Of a stretch of 64,000 nt of DNA, positions 63,135-64,000 are shown piece by piece (positions within the stretch are counted from its first letter, which is position 1; each line of letters begins with the position of its first letter). A program made the position numbers and the translations under genes. This stretch comes from an uncultured Thiotrichales bacterium (lineage in GTDB: Bacteria; Pseudomonadota; Gammaproteobacteria; CAIRSR01), in the NCBI GenBank assembly GCA_903881315.1, contig CAIRSR010000113.1:4693-68692 (forward strand), in the 5' to 3' direction. The notes beneath the pieces were generated by a model. The model did no database searches and was not told the origin of the DNA. It saw only the letters and a list, made by a program, of their open reading frames with translations.

Positions 63135-64000
63135 TCACGGATTGCCGAGCCGTGCCCGCGCCCTCGCGATTGCCGCTCGCACCTGGCGTGGGGCGGTGCC
63201 GCCAAAGTGATCACGCGCCGCAACCGACCCTTCTAACGTGAGCACCGCATAGACATCCTCCCCAATCACGGGGGAAAAGGTTTGTAGTTCTGTAAGCGAG
63301 AGTTCGGCGAGATCGCGCCTTGTCTCTACACCAAGACGCACTGCCCGCCCCACCGCCTCGTGGGCGTCACGGAAGGGGATACCGCGCCGCACCAGGTAGT
63401 CCGCCAGATCAGTTGCGGTTGCAAAGCCCTGACGCGCTGCCTCCCGCAGATGGTCGCTCTTGACGCGCAATACCGCCACCATGTCCGCATAGACCCGCAG
63501 CGACCCACGCACCGTATCCACAGTATCGAATAACGGTTCTTTGTCCTCTTGGTTGTCCTTGTTATAGGCGAGCGGTTGCGCCTTCATCAAGGTGAGGAGT
63601 GCGACCAAGTGACCATTCACTCGTCCGGTCTTGCCGCGCACCAATTCTGGGACATCGGGGTTTTTCTTCTGGGGCATGATGGAAGAACCGGTGCAAAAGG
63701 CGTCGGTGAGGTCTACAAAATCAAACGCAGGCGACGACCATAACACCAGCTCCTCAGAGAAGCGCGATAGGTGCGTCATCAAGAGGGCGGCACACGCAGT
63801 AAACTCGATCGCAAAATCCCGATCGGACACAGCATCCAGCGAGTTTTCAGCAACCGAGGCAAAGCCCAACAGCTCGGCAACGTAGGCCCGATCGATGGGG
63901 TAGCTCGTGCCAGCAAGCGCTGCTGCACCGAGCGGCAGGACGTTCAGCCGAGATCGGCAGTCAGAGAGGCGCCCTCGGTCGCGTTGCAGCATCTCAAACC
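63135..64000 (-). CDS. argH: Argininosuccinate lyase, C-terminal two-thirds (gene continues beyond the window edge)
   Basis: Fumarate-lyase signature [53 protein letters not shown]. The frame is open to nt 64000. Confidence 0.92.
   Translation of the reverse strand, partial: FEMLQRDRGRLSDCRSRLNVLPLGAAALAGTSYPIDRAYVAELLGFASVAENSLDAVSDRDFAIEFTACAALLMTHLSRFSEELVLWSSPAFDFVDLTDAFCTGSSIMPQKKNPDVPELVRGKTGRVNGHLVALLTLMKAQPLAYNKDNQEDKEPLFDTVDTVRGSLRVYADMVAVLRVKSDHLREAARQGFATATDLADYLVRRGIPFRDAHEAVGRAVRLGVETRRDLAELSLTELQTFSPVIGEDVYAVLTLEGSVAARDHFGGTAPRQVRAAIARARARLGNP

Noticed and set aside
1-64000. Looked for CRISPR arrays, tRNA/rRNA genes, transposases, integrases, phage genes and long direct repeats that would mark a mobile island or defence locus.
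   Set aside because: None was recognisable by eye. The only repeats found are the internal protein-coding repeats (TPR/GT triplication, seven-blade protein) and the short inverted repeats reported above.

Overview
This 64-kb window looks like chromosomal DNA from a sulfur-oxidising proteobacterium. That host assignment is an inference from soxXYZA, a SoxL-like periplasmic rhodanese and several other rhodanese genes; the taxon cannot be fixed from sequence alone. I saw no rRNA, tRNA, CRISPR array, transposase or integrase. The left 60% (nt 2-39821, all + strand) is one large modular type I polyketide synthase locus. It starts with the tail of an upstream megasynthase (KR-carrier). An accessory block follows: a DUF697-like protein, a cyclic-peptide-type ABC exporter, a type II thioesterase and APS kinase CysC. 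Three probably unrelated genes come next (CPBP protease, SPFH protein, Cys-rich/LivK-like binding protein). Four colinear PKS proteins then follow: FAAL-ACP-KS-AT-DH-KR-ACP, KS-AT-DH-KR-ACP, KS-AT-DH-cMT-KR-ACP and KS-deadAT-linker-AT. An AsmA-family envelope protein gene sits between modules 2 and 3. Downstream lie an FkbK/J/I/H-like hydroxymalonyl-ACP cassette with no O-methyltransferase and a seven-repeat propeller-like protein of unknown function. No in-line release domain and no ER domain are visible. The right 40% carries glgP, an orphan YegI-like protein kinase and a decayed soxZ fragment. It also carries soxX-Y-Z-A plus the rhodanese, and a tandem pair of membrane GTPase-DUF697 proteins. 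A cNMP-cNMP-rhodanese protein and a radical SAM enzyme are transcribed divergently from that pair. Further on are a small AT-rich islet (toxin-antitoxin relic plus a 19-bp perfect inverted repeat), DUF1640 and DedA genes, and a 2067-aa protein built from three TPR plus GT-B-like modules and an FkbM-type methyltransferase. The window ends with a rhodanese/BioC-like pair and the 3' part of argH. Base composition is visibly mosaic: the PKS core is about 62-63% GC and its accessory and precursor genes about 43-47% (hand counts on a few lines). Domain boundaries are by-eye estimates, accurate to roughly 60 nt.
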